From an uncultured Planctomycetota bacterium (GTDB taxonomy: Bacteria > Planctomycetota > Planctomycetia > Isosphaerales > Isosphaeraceae), in NCBI GenBank assembly GCA_963737655.1, contig CAVTTN010000002.1, positions 1,920,001 to 1,984,000 of the forward strand: DNA of 64,000 nt, written 5' to 3'. Under the pieces are notes generated by a model. The model did not search any database. It was not told where the DNA came from and saw only the letters and a list, made by a program, of their open reading frames with translations. Each line of letters begins with the position of its first letter. Position 1 is the stretch's first letter. Position numbers and translations under genes: made by a program. Below are positions 35,123-45,161 of this stretch, piece after piece.

Positions 35123-36164
35123 CGGCCGCCCGCGCTCCCTTCCCGGACCGCGACGACCGTGACGTCGTCGCGGCCTCGCTTGAAGTCGCGGTACAGCGCC
35201 CCGGCGATCAGCCCGGGGTGCCGGGAGGCCAGCCCGGCGGAGCGGCCGAGCTGCCAATGGGTGGCCAGGCCGTCGGAGTGCATCACGAGCAGCGAGCCGG
35301 GTGCCCAGGGATAGAGGAATTCCTGGACCTTGCGAATCGTGTGCCCCACCGTGCCGTTGTGCGACACCATGCTCACGCTCCGCTCCTCCCCGGCGCCCAG
35401 GACGACGCCCGCGATGTTGCCGACGCCGGCGTATCGGACCTCGCCCCGATCCGGGTCGATCTGGGCGACCGCCAGGGCGGCCCCTCGCGTGCTGCGGAGG
35501 GCGGCGTGGGCGGCGTGGATGATCTCGGCCGGTCCGAGCGCCGCCCTCTCCCCGAAGACGCGGACGGCCTCGCGGGCCGCCTCGGCCGCCTGGGGCCCGT
35601 GCCCCAGCCCGTCGGCGACGAGCAGGAGGGTCTGGCCCGCGACCTCCGCGATCGCCCAGTGGTCGCCGCAGACCTCCTCCCCGGCCAGGGGGAGGCTCAC
35701 GGCCCCGAACTCCGGCCCGGGGCCCGCAGACGCTCCGCATCGGCGGGGTCCGACCAGAGCCGGGCCAGCGTCGCCGTCCCGACCCCGGGCAGCGAGTGGA
35801 TGTCGAAGGTCGCCGAGAGGCGGGCCATGGCGCCGAGGCCCGTGCCGGCGGACCCGGCGGTGGAATAGCCGTCGGCGAGGCAGCGGCCGACGTCCGCCAT
35901 CCCCGGCCCCGGGTCCAGGGCCAGGATGTCCACCCCCGCGTTGGCCCCGCGCTCCAGCCCCTGGATGACGATGACGCCGCCCCGGGCGTGCTTGAAGAGG
36001 TTGGTCGCCGCCTCGGTGGCGACGATGCCCACCTTGCCGCGCCCCGTCTCGTCGAAGTCGAGCCGCCCGGCCATCGCCGTCGCCGCACGACGGGCCTCGC
36101 CGGCGGCGGTCACGTCGTCGATCGCCAGGATGACCGGCCGGCCCGAGGGGATGATCACTTCCAC
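35119..36164 (-). CDS. RsbX-like ATPase/PP2C (SpoIIE) phosphatase (frameshift ~35710)
   Basis: ATEAATNLFKHA then CGD, VADGLGHG, HSDGL, DDVT. Confidence 0.8.
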
Positions 36165-36559
36165 CTCGTGATCGCGACGCGGGTGCCCTCGCCGACTCGC
36201 GAGTCGAGCTCGAACTCGTTGACCAGCCGCTTCGATCCGCTCAGACCCATGCCCATCCCCTTCCCGGTGGTGTAGCCGTCGGTCAGCGCCTTCTCGATGT
36301 CGGGGATGCCCGGCCCCTGGTCCTCGAAGGTCAGCTTCAGGCCCTTGCGGATCCCCTCCTGCAGCGCCTCCAGTCGCACGGTCCCGCCGCGGCCGTAATC
36401 CAGCGTGTTGCGTGCCAACTCGCTGGCGGCCGTGATCATCTTGGTCTGGTCCACCAGGCTGAAGCCGAGCTCGATGGACCACTTGCGCACGGCCTGGCGG
36501 ACCAGCACCACGTGGTCGGACACCCGGATCTCCATGACGTCATCCTTCGTCACGACCAT
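36155..36559 (-). CDS. rsbT: Stressosome kinase RsbT
   Basis: TAASELARN, DQGPGI, GMGMGLSGSKRL. Confidence 0.92.
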   Translation of the reverse strand: MVVTKDDVMEIRVSDHVVLVRQAVRKWSIELGFSLVDQTKMITAASELARNTLDYGRGGTVRLEALQEGIRKGLKLTFEDQGPGIPDIEKALTDGYTTGKGMGMGLSGSKRLVNEFELDSRVGEGTRVAITRWK

Positions 36560-36935
36560 CGGCGTCCTCCCCGTGCCGCCCTCGCGTCGCGACGCGCAGG
36601 AGGACCATCCCCTTCTCGACGTCCAGCGCCGTGCGGACCCCGGCCAGCGACAGGCCGAGCTCGACCAGGGTGATGGCGACGGCCGGCCTCATGCCGACGA
36701 CGACCGTCTCGGCGTCGAGGACGCGGGACATCGCGGCGATGTTGCCGATCATCCGCCCGATGAAGGAATCGACCATGTCCAGCGAGGAGATGTCGATCAG
36801 GACGCCGTAGGCGCCGCTGTCGGAGATCATCGTGGTGAGGTCGTCCTGGAGCGTGGTCACCAGGCGGTCGTGCATGTCCACCTGGATCGTCACGATCAGG
36901 AATCCGCCCATCTTGAGGATCGGGATGCGTTCCAT
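36540..36935 (-). CDS. rsbS: STAS anti-anti-sigma RsbS
   Basis: MERIPILK, DMVDSF, GMRPAVAITLVELG. Confidence 0.92.
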   Translation of the reverse strand: MERIPILKMGGFLIVTIQVDMHDRLVTTLQDDLTTMISDSGAYGVLIDISSLDMVDSFIGRMIGNIAAMSRVLDAETVVVGMRPAVAITLVELGLSLAGVRTALDVEKGMVLLRVATRGRHGEDADGRDEG

Positions 36936-36948
36936 CGGGGCGGTCTCC

Positions 36949-37814
36949 TCAGGAGGCGGCCTGGACGCGACGGACCACGCGCCCGGTCCGTTCCAGGGCG
37001 ACGGCCAGCGCGTCGGCGAGCGTGGCCTTGGTCGTGATGTCGCCGAGGTCCACGCCGAGGTGGACGATCGTCTGGGCGATCTGGGGCCGGATGCCGCTGA
37101 TGATGCACTCGGCCCCCATCAGCCGGGCGGCGGTGACCGTCTTCAGGAGGTGCTGCGCCGTGAGCGTATCGACCGTCGGCACGCCCGTGATGTCGATGAT
37201 GGCGATGCTCGAGCCCGTCTCGACGATCCGCTGCAGGAGGGACTCCATCACGACCTGGGTCCGGCGCTGTCGAGCGTGCCGATCATCGGCAGGGCCAGGA
37301 TGCCCTCCCACAGCTTCACCACCGGCGTGGAGAGCTCGAGCATCTCCTGCTGCTGCCTGGCGATGATCTCCTCCCGCGCCTTCTGGTTGATCTCGGTGGT
37401 GTACAGGCCGAGGCTGTCCAGCATCTCGGTGGCCGACCAGGAGACTAGGGCGAGGGCCTCGGCGTCGTGGGCGAACTCGCGGCCCAGGCGCGAGAACAAC
37501 GGCCTCTTGAGGGAGAACACGAAGGATGCCGTCTCCGACGGCGTGAAGCCCTGGAGGCTGCGCGACCGGGAGAGGTCGGCCAGCATCTGCCGAACCCCGC
37601 TCCACCCGGGCCCCTGGGTGTCCCCGGGGCGCCCGTCCTTCACGGCGGCCCTGAGCAGCGCGAGGAACTCCTTGCTCTGGTCCCGGAGTTCCGAGTCCTT
37701 GATCGACCCCGCCCGGCGGGGTGCCCCGGCCGCCTGCTCCTTGACCCATTCGGCCAGTAGGTCCGCCTCGTTGCTCGCGAGGACCTCCGATAGCCCCTTC
37801 TCGTTCTTGCTCAT
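36949..37814 (-). CDS. rsbR: Stressosome sensor RsbR (frameshift ~37260)
   Basis: ELSTPVVKLW..IGTLDS then DITGVPTVDT, SGIRPQIAQT. Confidence 0.88.
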
Positions 37815-38394
37815 CTTGAACCCGACTCCTGACGGAATTGTAGGGCGGCGATGCCCAGGCCGCTTCCGCTTCCTCGTCCCGACGTTCGAACGGGGGCGGC
37901 CGTTCCGGATCCTGACCGGCGGCGCCGGCCTCTCGCGAACCGTGGACGCCTCTCGGACGAACCGAGGCCCCGCCCCGCCCCGCCGCGGGCCGGCCGTGGG
38001 CCCTCGCGTCGAACGACACTCCCGCCCTCGCCCCTCGCTCCCCGAACGAGAAAAATGCAATGATACGTCCGGGCTCGACTCAAGTCCAGGTCATGAGGCC
38101 CACGACGGCCCTTCAGAACCCTGTATGTTGACATAAACGAAGCTTCGTTCTCCGGGGTCGTGGCTCGGTGGGGAGCTGGGTCAAGGCTTGTCCCGATAGA
38201 AAAGTATCATGCTTGCTCTGGAGAATACCCCGTTGGGAGTCAGGAGTTGAGTCGGCCCGACTCGATCGGCCCCTTCAATCGGGGTATTCTAGAACACAAA
38301 TCCCACTCCTCCGACCGTCGCGGCTTCGCGTCGCCATCGAGAATTCGCCCGGCCGGTTCGAGTCGGAACCGAGACACGGCCGGGCTCGGGCCGA

Positions 38395-39714
38395 TCAGGC
38401 CCCGAGGCCGAACCCCGGTCGGTACGTTTTGCGGATCAAAGGCTCGGCCTCCGGGGCGTTCCGGGCGGCCATCGCCGCGGAGTCCCACTCGATCCTCTTC
38501 TGGAGCCTCAGGGCGAGATTGCCGACGAGCAGCGCCTCGGTGAACGGCCCGGAGTAGGCGAACCCGGCCCTGGCGTCTTCCGGCTTGTGGTCCTTGCACG
38601 CCTGGATCCACTCGGGGCGATGGCCGATCGAGCGCGGGATCGTCGCCGGAGGGGTGCGGAACGCCTCGCGGAGGGGCAGGGGATAGAGCGTCGGCGGCCC
38701 CGACCATCCCCCGCAGACCATCGTCCCCCGGTCGCCGACGAAGTAGATCCCGTTGTCGCCGAGGCCCACGTCGGCGGGCAGGTCCTTCGGCTTCGGCGGC
38801 ATCTTCCCGCCGTCGTACCAGGTGATCGTCACGGCCGGCCGGTCCCCCCGGGCGGCGAACTCGTACCGGAGGATCGTCCAGAGGGGGTACGATTCGGCCT
38901 TCAGGCCGGAGGTCTGCGCCTCGGCGGCGGTCGGGGCGCCGAGGTCCAGGGCGTAGAAGGCCGGGTCCATGTTGTGGATGGCCATGTCGCCCAGGGCGCC
39001 GGTGCCGAAGTCGAACCAGCCTCGCCAGTCGTGGGGGTGGTAGAGCCGGGAATACGGCCGGGCCGGCGCCGCGCCGAGGAAGAGGTCCCAGTCCAGCCCC
39101 GGGGGGACCGGCGGCCTCTCGGTGGGTCGGTCGTGGTTCTGAACCCACCACTTGCCCGGCCGGTCGGACCAGCAATGGATCTCGCGGACCGGCCCGATCG
39201 CGCCGGCCTGGAGCCATTCGCGGGTCAGGCGGAGGCCCTCCCCGGCGTGGCCGTTGTTGCCCATCTGGGTGACCAGGCCCGTCTCCCGGGCGACCCGGGT
39301 CATCACCCGGGCCTCCTCGATCGAATGGGCCATCGGCTTCTCGACGTACACGTGCTTGCCCGCCCGGAGCGCCGCGAGGGCGATCGGGGCGTGCATGTGG
39401 TCGGGCGTGGCGATCATCACGGCGTCGAGGTCGCGCCGCTTGTCCAGGAGGGCGCGATAGTCGCGGTGGACCTCGGCCCGGGGGAACGCCTTGAACGTGC
39501 CGGCGGCCTTGTTCGAGTCCACGTCGCAGAGGGCGACGATGTTCTCGGTGGCCATCTCGCGGATCACGCCGCCCCCCTGGCCGCCGACGCCGATCCCGGC
39601 GAGGTTCAGCTTCTCGCTCGGCGGCGTGAACCCGCGGCCCAGGACGTGCCGAGGCACGACATGGAAGGCGAACGCGGCCCCGCCTACGGCCTGGAGCAAG
39701 CGACGACGATTCAT
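38395..39714 (-). CDS. Tat-exported Gfo/Idh/MocA oxidoreductase
   Basis: MNRRR signal, GVGGQG, ATPDHMH, EKPM, GDMAIH. Confidence 0.92.
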   Translation of the reverse strand: MNRRRLLQAVGGAAFAFHVVPRHVLGRGFTPPSEKLNLAGIGVGGQGGGVIREMATENIVALCDVDSNKAAGTFKAFPRAEVHRDYRALLDKRRDLDAVMIATPDHMHAPIALAALRAGKHVYVEKPMAHSIEEARVMTRVARETGLVTQMGNNGHAGEGLRLTREWLQAGAIGPVREIHCWSDRPGKWWVQNHDRPTERPPVPPGLDWDLFLGAAPARPYSRLYHPHDWRGWFDFGTGALGDMAIHNMDPAFYALDLGAPTAAEAQTSGLKAESYPLWTILRYEFAARGDRPAVTITWYDGGKMPPKPKDLPADVGLGDNGIYFVGDRGTMVCGGWSGPPTLYPLPLREAFRTPPATIPRSIGHRPEWIQACKDHKPEDARAGFAYSGPFTEALLVGNLALRLQKRIEWDSAAMAARNAPEAEPLIRKTYRPGFGLGA

Positions 39715-40246
39715 GAGCGAGGGCCTCCCCGGGCCGAGGGCCCCGGCCCGGACGGACTTCGGACGATCCCCAATGCGAGCCGCAGCATAAAGCAGCCCGG
39801 CCGTCCGGGCAAGGCACTGGCGGGCCGCCCCGAGGCCCCCGGCCCGAGACGCGCATGATCTTGACGAAATCCGCGCATAGACGTCGGAAAGCCCGGAGGC
39901 GAGGCCGTCCGAGCCGTCGGCGCCGTGCCGGCTCGGCCCCCGGTCCGTGTTTCGGACGATCTCGACACACGCCCGGATGACGCCGCCTCTGCCGGGGACC
40001 TCCACGAAAGCGGAGGCGCCGACAACGTTTCCGGCGAAAACCCTCCCCGCCCCCTTACAATCATGCCATTCGCTACTAAAGCTGTTGTCGTCACAGGCCG
40101 ATCCCTTCATCGTCCCCCACTGGCGTCGGCGATCGGTGCGCCGGCTAGCAACGCTCAGGGTGAGCCCTGCACGAGCCAGGAGTTGACGGCCTTCTGCTCG
40201 TCCGGCGGGATCGTAGACGAGCGAAAACTCCTCAAGGGCGAGGCGG

Positions 40247-42202
40247 ATGAACCACCAGGCCAGGATTTCGAATGCGAGATCGATGGGGCGCGTGATCGCC
40301 AGGGCGATCGCTTGCGGCCTCATGTTGCTCGTCCTGCCGTCGTGCGGAATCCCCCCGCTCCGCCGGGCGGAGCCGGGGCCGCTCCTGCCGCCGGACCCGC
40401 CGGGGGCGGCCGGCGCGGAGAACTCGGCCCAGCTCGGGATCGAGGAGTTCTACGACGATCGAATGCTGACGTGCTTGATCGAGAAGGCCCTGCTCGACAA
40501 TCGGGAGCTGAAGAACCTCAACGAGGACATCCTGATCGCCAGCAACGAGATCCTCGCGCGGTCCGGGGCGTACCTCCCGTTCATCAGCGTCGGGGCCGGG
40601 GCGGGCCTGAACCGGGCCAGCCGCTTCACGGTCGAGGGTGCCGGCATCCTCAGCGACCCGTATCTGCCGGGCAGGTTCTTCTCCCTGGCCCACGGCAACT
40701 TCGGGACGGGCATCAACCTCGCCTGGCAGTTGGACATCTACCGCCAGTTGCGCAATGCCCGGGACGCGGCCGCGGAGCGCTACGTGGTCGCCTGCGAGAG
40801 GCGGAACTACTTCGTGACTCGCCTGGTCGCGGACATCGCCGAGAATTATTACCGGCTGATGGCGCTGGACAAGCGCCTGGAGAACCTCGACCAGATCATC
40901 GCGCTCCAGGAGCAGAGCCTCAAGATCGCCGTGGCCCTGAAGGACGCCGCCCACGGCACCGAGCTGGGCGTCCTGCGGTTCCAGGCCGAGGTCCAGAGGA
41001 ACCAGAGCGAGAAGCTGATCGTCAACCAGTCGATCATCGAGGGCGAGAACCGCATCAACTACCTGGTCAATCGCGTGCCGCAGCGGGTCGAGCGCGTGTC
41101 GGCGGGATTCTACGACCTGAGCATCCACGCGCTGAACCTCGGGGTGCCCTCGCAGCTCCTCCAGAACCGCCCCGACATCCGCCAGGCCGAGCGCGAGCTG
41201 GCGGCCACCGGGCTCGACGTGAAGGTCGCCCGGGTGAACTTCTTCCCCCAGCTGGTGATCAGCGGCGGCACGGGCATCCAGTCGCTCCTGATCAATCATC
41301 TCTTCGAGCCCCAGGCCGTGATCGGCGACCTGGCCGCCGGCCTGGTCGGGCCTCTGGTCAACAAGCGGTTGATCCGGGCCCAGTACCTCACCGCCAACGC
41401 CAGGCAGTTGCAGGCCATCTACAACTACCAGCGAGTCATCCTCAACGCCTTCACCGAGGTGGTCAACCGGGTGAACATGGTGGAGAACTACAGCCGGAGC
41501 ATCGAGATCAAGAAGCAGCAGCTGCAATCGCTCGAGGCCGCGGTCAAGGTCGCCGGCGACCTCTTCTTCAACGCCCGGACCGAATACATCGACGTGCTCT
41601 TCGCCCAGCGCGACCTCCGGGACGCCCGGGTGGCCCTGATCGAGACCAAGACCGAGCAACTGGCCGCCATCGTGAACACCTATCAGGCCCTCGGCGGCGG
41701 TGCGCTCGCGATGTCCACCCCGGAAAACTTCCAGGGCCAGTTCCCCTATGCCCACACGGTCCGCGCCGGCGACAACTTCTGGACGATCTCGCTGCTCTAT
41801 TACAAGTCGGGCCGGTATTGCAAGGCGCTGTGGGCGGCCAACAGGAACGTCGTCCCCGCGTTCGACCGCCTGGCCGTGGGCACCAAGATCCTCATCCCCG
41901 CGGTCGGCCAGCTCGACCCGGCCCAGATCGAGCCGGTCGCCGATCCCCTGCCGCCGCTCCCCCAGCTGGCGCCCGGCGACCGGCCGGCGGTCGTCCCGCC
42001 GCCTCCGGCGAACCTGCCCGGCCCGTTCGCCCCTCCGCCTCCGGCCGCGGCCGGCGACCGGCCGGTGGTCATCCCCCCGCCGCCTCCGGCGAACCTGCCC
42101 GGCCCGCTCGGGCGGAGGGGGACGGGAGACCCCGCCGTCCAGACCACCGGCCTCGCCCAGGCCCCCGCAGCCCCCCAAAAGCCCGCGACGACGGGGAAGT
42201 GA
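40247..42202 (+). CDS. OprM/NodT-type outer-membrane efflux lipoprotein with C-terminal LysM domain and Pro-rich tail
   Basis: Lipobox LPSC, LLQNRPDIRQAE, YQALGGG; then HTVRAGDNFWTIS..LWAAN..LAVGTKILIP. Confidence 0.88.
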   Translation: MNHQARISNARSMGRVIARAIACGLMLLVLPSCGIPPLRRAEPGPLLPPDPPGAAGAENSAQLGIEEFYDDRMLTCLIEKALLDNRELKNLNEDILIASNEILARSGAYLPFISVGAGAGLNRASRFTVEGAGILSDPYLPGRFFSLAHGNFGTGINLAWQLDIYRQLRNARDAAAERYVVACERRNYFVTRLVADIAENYYRLMALDKRLENLDQIIALQEQSLKIAVALKDAAHGTELGVLRFQAEVQRNQSEKLIVNQSIIEGENRINYLVNRVPQRVERVSAGFYDLSIHALNLGVPSQLLQNRPDIRQAERELAATGLDVKVARVNFFPQLVISGGTGIQSLLINHLFEPQAVIGDLAAGLVGPLVNKRLIRAQYLTANARQLQAIYNYQRVILNAFTEVVNRVNMVENYSRSIEIKKQQLQSLEAAVKVAGDLFFNARTEYIDVLFAQRDLRDARVALIETKTEQLAAIVNTYQALGGGALAMSTPENFQGQFPYAHTVRAGDNFWTISLLYYKSGRYCKALWAANRNVVPAFDRLAVGTKILIPAVGQLDPAQIEPVADPLPPLPQLAPGDRPAVVPPPPANLPGPFAPPPPAAAGDRPVVIPPPPPANLPGPLGRRGTGDPAVQTTGLAQAPAAPQKPATTGK

Positions 42203-42268
42203 CCGGCCGGGCCGGGGCCCGGGCGGCCATCCCCCCGGGCCCCGCCAAGATGGGGCGTCCGCGACCGG

Positions 42269-42583
42269 TCAGCCCTCCCGGCCCGCCGGATCGAGCCGGT
42301 CGGGCCGGAGGATGAGCTCGAGCAGCACGCCCACCTCGCGGTGCGCCTCGACGGCATGCCTCAGCGGGCGGTCCGGGTGCACCTCGTAGTGATTGCGCCG
42401 ACCCTGTCGCGAGCGCGAGAGGTATCCCCCCTCCTCGAGGTCGGCCACGATCCGCTGGACGGCCCTCTCGGTGATCCCCACCCGATCGGCCACGTCCCGG
42501 AGTCGCACCGCGGGCTCTTTGGCGACGCAGAGGAGCACGTGGGCGTGATTGCTCAGGAATGTCCACCCTGGACCGTTTGTCAT
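42269..42583 (-). CDS. Small winged-helix transcriptional regulator
   Basis: WTFLSNHAHVL, GITERAVQRIV, GRRNHY. Confidence 0.85.
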   Translation of the reverse strand: MTNGPGWTFLSNHAHVLLCVAKEPAVRLRDVADRVGITERAVQRIVADLEEGGYLSRSRQGRRNHYEVHPDRPLRHAVEAHREVGVLLELILRPDRLDPAGREG

Positions 42584-43060
42584 CGCTGGAACACCCACCC
42601 GGGGCCGATCCGTTCTTGACGTGCGGGCCGATTGGAGGGCGTCCGATCCTCCGAGGGAGGCCCCCGACCGGCCCCCGAAGCCCCTCCCAGGGACGTTTCC
42701 TTCTCGGTGGACGATTCTTCCGAAGACGTTTGGGTGGCACGGGTTCCGAGGACGGGACCCGCGAGGGCCGTCCCACGGGTCCCGACGACGGGGCCCGCGC
42801 CAACCAAGTCCCTCTCGGCCGAAACCCCTCGGAACGTGAAACGGCCCGGAAGCCCCACCGCCTCTGCTTGACTTTCTTTTGGGGCGGCGGTATAAATTCT
42901 GCGACTTGGAAGTCGTGTTTCGGTTGGCAGGAATTCCGGAGCCACCCGGACTTTGAGAGTCTATCCTAGAAGCAGAGGTGCTTCACCCCGCCAGCCTCAA
43001 AAATCGCTCAGTGACCCGGCGGGATCCATCTCTCCGGCCTCTGGCGAGGCTCGAAAGACA

Positions 43061-43477
43061 ATGTTCGAGAACCGAGGGTTCATGGCCGCCCGAAAGTGCC
43101 TTCTGACCACGCTCTGGCTCACCACCTCGCTCACGCTGCTGGGGCTCGTCCTGGTCGCCCCGCTGCGGACGTCGGGCTTTGCCACGGTCTCCGACCGGCC
43201 GGGTTGCCTGCGCCGCAATTTCGCCATCTCCCCGGGCCAGCCTGCGACCCGTCTCTGTGAGGAGATCGCCGTCCACGCGACCCTGGAGGTGACCGGCCCT
43301 TCTTCCGAGAATGGGAGTGCCCTATCTTCGGAAACCGAGGAGCAAGAACGGGATTTGGCCGATGCCCTGGTCGATCCCCGTGACGCGTTCCTCCCCCCTC
43401 TCTCCTTCCGCAAGATCCCCGCTCTCCGCCTGGTCTCTCCCCGTCCTCTCCTCTCCCCGTTCCCTCTCCGTTGCTGA
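43061..43477 (+). CDS. Hypothetical protein with N-terminal hydrophobic segment
   Basis: ORF upstream of the efflux genes; no recognisable motif. Confidence 0.4.
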   Translation: MFENRGFMAARKCLLTTLWLTTSLTLLGLVLVAPLRTSGFATVSDRPGCLRRNFAISPGQPATRLCEEIAVHATLEVTGPSSENGSALSSETEEQERDLADALVDPRDAFLPPLSFRKIPALRLVSPRPLLSPFPLRC

Positions 43478-43846
43478 TCGTTCCCTGACTCCCGGCTGAT
43501 GTGTCGCCGATCCTCGGCGCCTCGTCCAGGTCTCGGCCTGGGGGATGGCGTACGGACCGGGTTGCAAGCCTGGCGCAAGGTCGCCTGGCCGAGGCCCTGG
43601 ATCCGGAGGCCGACGTCCCTGGTGGTCGTCGGTTCGGTGAGACTCGTCGGCCGGACCTCGCGATCGATCAACAACGATCCGGTCGGGTGATCATCCCACG
43701 CACCTAGCGACGCCACCTCTCCCCTCTGGTGTCGAACCGGGTCGGATTTCTCTCCGTGCCCGCATCCCTCCAATCCACACCCGTTTTCCTTGGCCCAAGG
43801 AATCGGGACAGAGTCGAGTGGCGACGTGTCGAACAGGAGCCCTGCG

Positions 43847-45088
43847 ATGGAATCGATCGAACCCAAGAAGCGGCGTCCCCTGCGTGCGTTGATGTTGGTT
43901 GTCGCCGTGGCCGGCGGCGCGGTCTTCGGCCTCTACAAGGGGCGCGTGGAGATCCCGTCGTTGCACACATCCCGGCTGTACGCGTACCTGGATACCATGG
44001 TCGCTCGGGCCCACCAGACCAGGGACCGGCTCGTCGGGTCGGGCGAGGCGGAGTCGCACCACGAGGGGGGCGAGGGGGAGCACGAGTCGCAGGCGATCGT
44101 GGTCACCAACCCCCAGAAGAAGGACGTGGTCCTGACCCAGCAGTATGTCTGCCAGATCCACTCCCAGAACCACATCAAGATCCGGGCCCTGGAGAGCGGG
44201 TATCTCAAGCAGATCCTGGTGAAGGAAGGCCAGGCGGTGAAGAAGGGCGACCTGATGTTCAAGATCGTCCCGACGCTCTACCAGGCCAGGCTCGACGCGG
44301 AGAACGCCGAGGCCCGGCTGGCCGCCCTGGAGCTGAAGAACACCAAGCGGCTCTTCGACACCAAGGTCGTCTCGCAGAACGAGGTCTTCCTGCTCGAGGC
44401 CAAGCTGGCCAAGGCCCAGGCCAAGGCGGAGCTGGCCGGGGCCGAGCTGGAGTTCACCAACGTCCGGGCCCCGTTCGACGGCATCGTCGACCGCCTCCTG
44501 GAGCAGGTGGGCAGCCTGATCTCCGAAGGGGATGAGCTGACCACGCTGTCGGACAACAGCCTGATGTGGGTCTACTTCAACGTCCCCGAGCGCGACTACC
44601 TCGACTACATGGACGGCCCCCACCAGGGCAAGGACGACCGGATGGTCGAGCTCGAGCTGGCGAACCTCCAGAAGTTTCCCCAGCCCGGCAAGATCGCCAC
44701 GATCGAGGCCAAGTTCAACAACGTGACCGGCAACATCCCCTTCCGCGCCGACTTCCCCAACCCCAAGGGGCTGCTGCGTCACGGCCAGACCGGCAACGTC
44801 TACCTCAGGCGGGTCGCGCCCGACGCCATCGTCATCCCCCAGCGGGCGACCTTCGAGATCCTCGACCGGCGGTACGTCTACGTCGTCGACAAGGACAGCG
44901 TGGTCCACCAGCGCGAGATCCAGGTCGACCGCGAGCTGGACGACGTCTACGTCCTCCGCAAGGGCGTCGGCGTGGACGAGAAGATCGTCCTGGAGGGGAT
45001 GCGCGATCTCCGCGACGGCGACAAGGTGACCTACGAGTTCCGCCATCCGGAAGTGGTCGTCGCCCAGTTGAAGAACCGGGCGGAGTGA
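43847..45088 (+). CDS. RND periplasmic adaptor (MFP)
   Basis: VKEGQAVKKGD, RAPFDG, FPNPKGLLRHG. Confidence 0.92.
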   Translation: MESIEPKKRRPLRALMLVVAVAGGAVFGLYKGRVEIPSLHTSRLYAYLDTMVARAHQTRDRLVGSGEAESHHEGGEGEHESQAIVVTNPQKKDVVLTQQYVCQIHSQNHIKIRALESGYLKQILVKEGQAVKKGDLMFKIVPTLYQARLDAENAEARLAALELKNTKRLFDTKVVSQNEVFLLEAKLAKAQAKAELAGAELEFTNVRAPFDGIVDRLLEQVGSLISEGDELTTLSDNSLMWVYFNVPERDYLDYMDGPHQGKDDRMVELELANLQKFPQPGKIATIEAKFNNVTGNIPFRADFPNPKGLLRHGQTGNVYLRRVAPDAIVIPQRATFEILDRRYVYVVDKDSVVHQREIQVDRELDDVYVLRKGVGVDEKIVLEGMRDLRDGDKVTYEFRHPEVVVAQLKNRAE

Positions 45089-45161
45089 GCTCCGCCGACC
45101 GACGTTGCGGCAAGGGACGTGGACACTTCGGTACGGAACCCAACCAGATCACGGCGGGACC

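Noticed and set aside
1170..37260. Programmed frameshifting or mass pseudogenisation
   Set aside because: Single-base shifts are scattered over unrelated genes, some in homopolymers; sequencing error is simpler, though unproven without reads.
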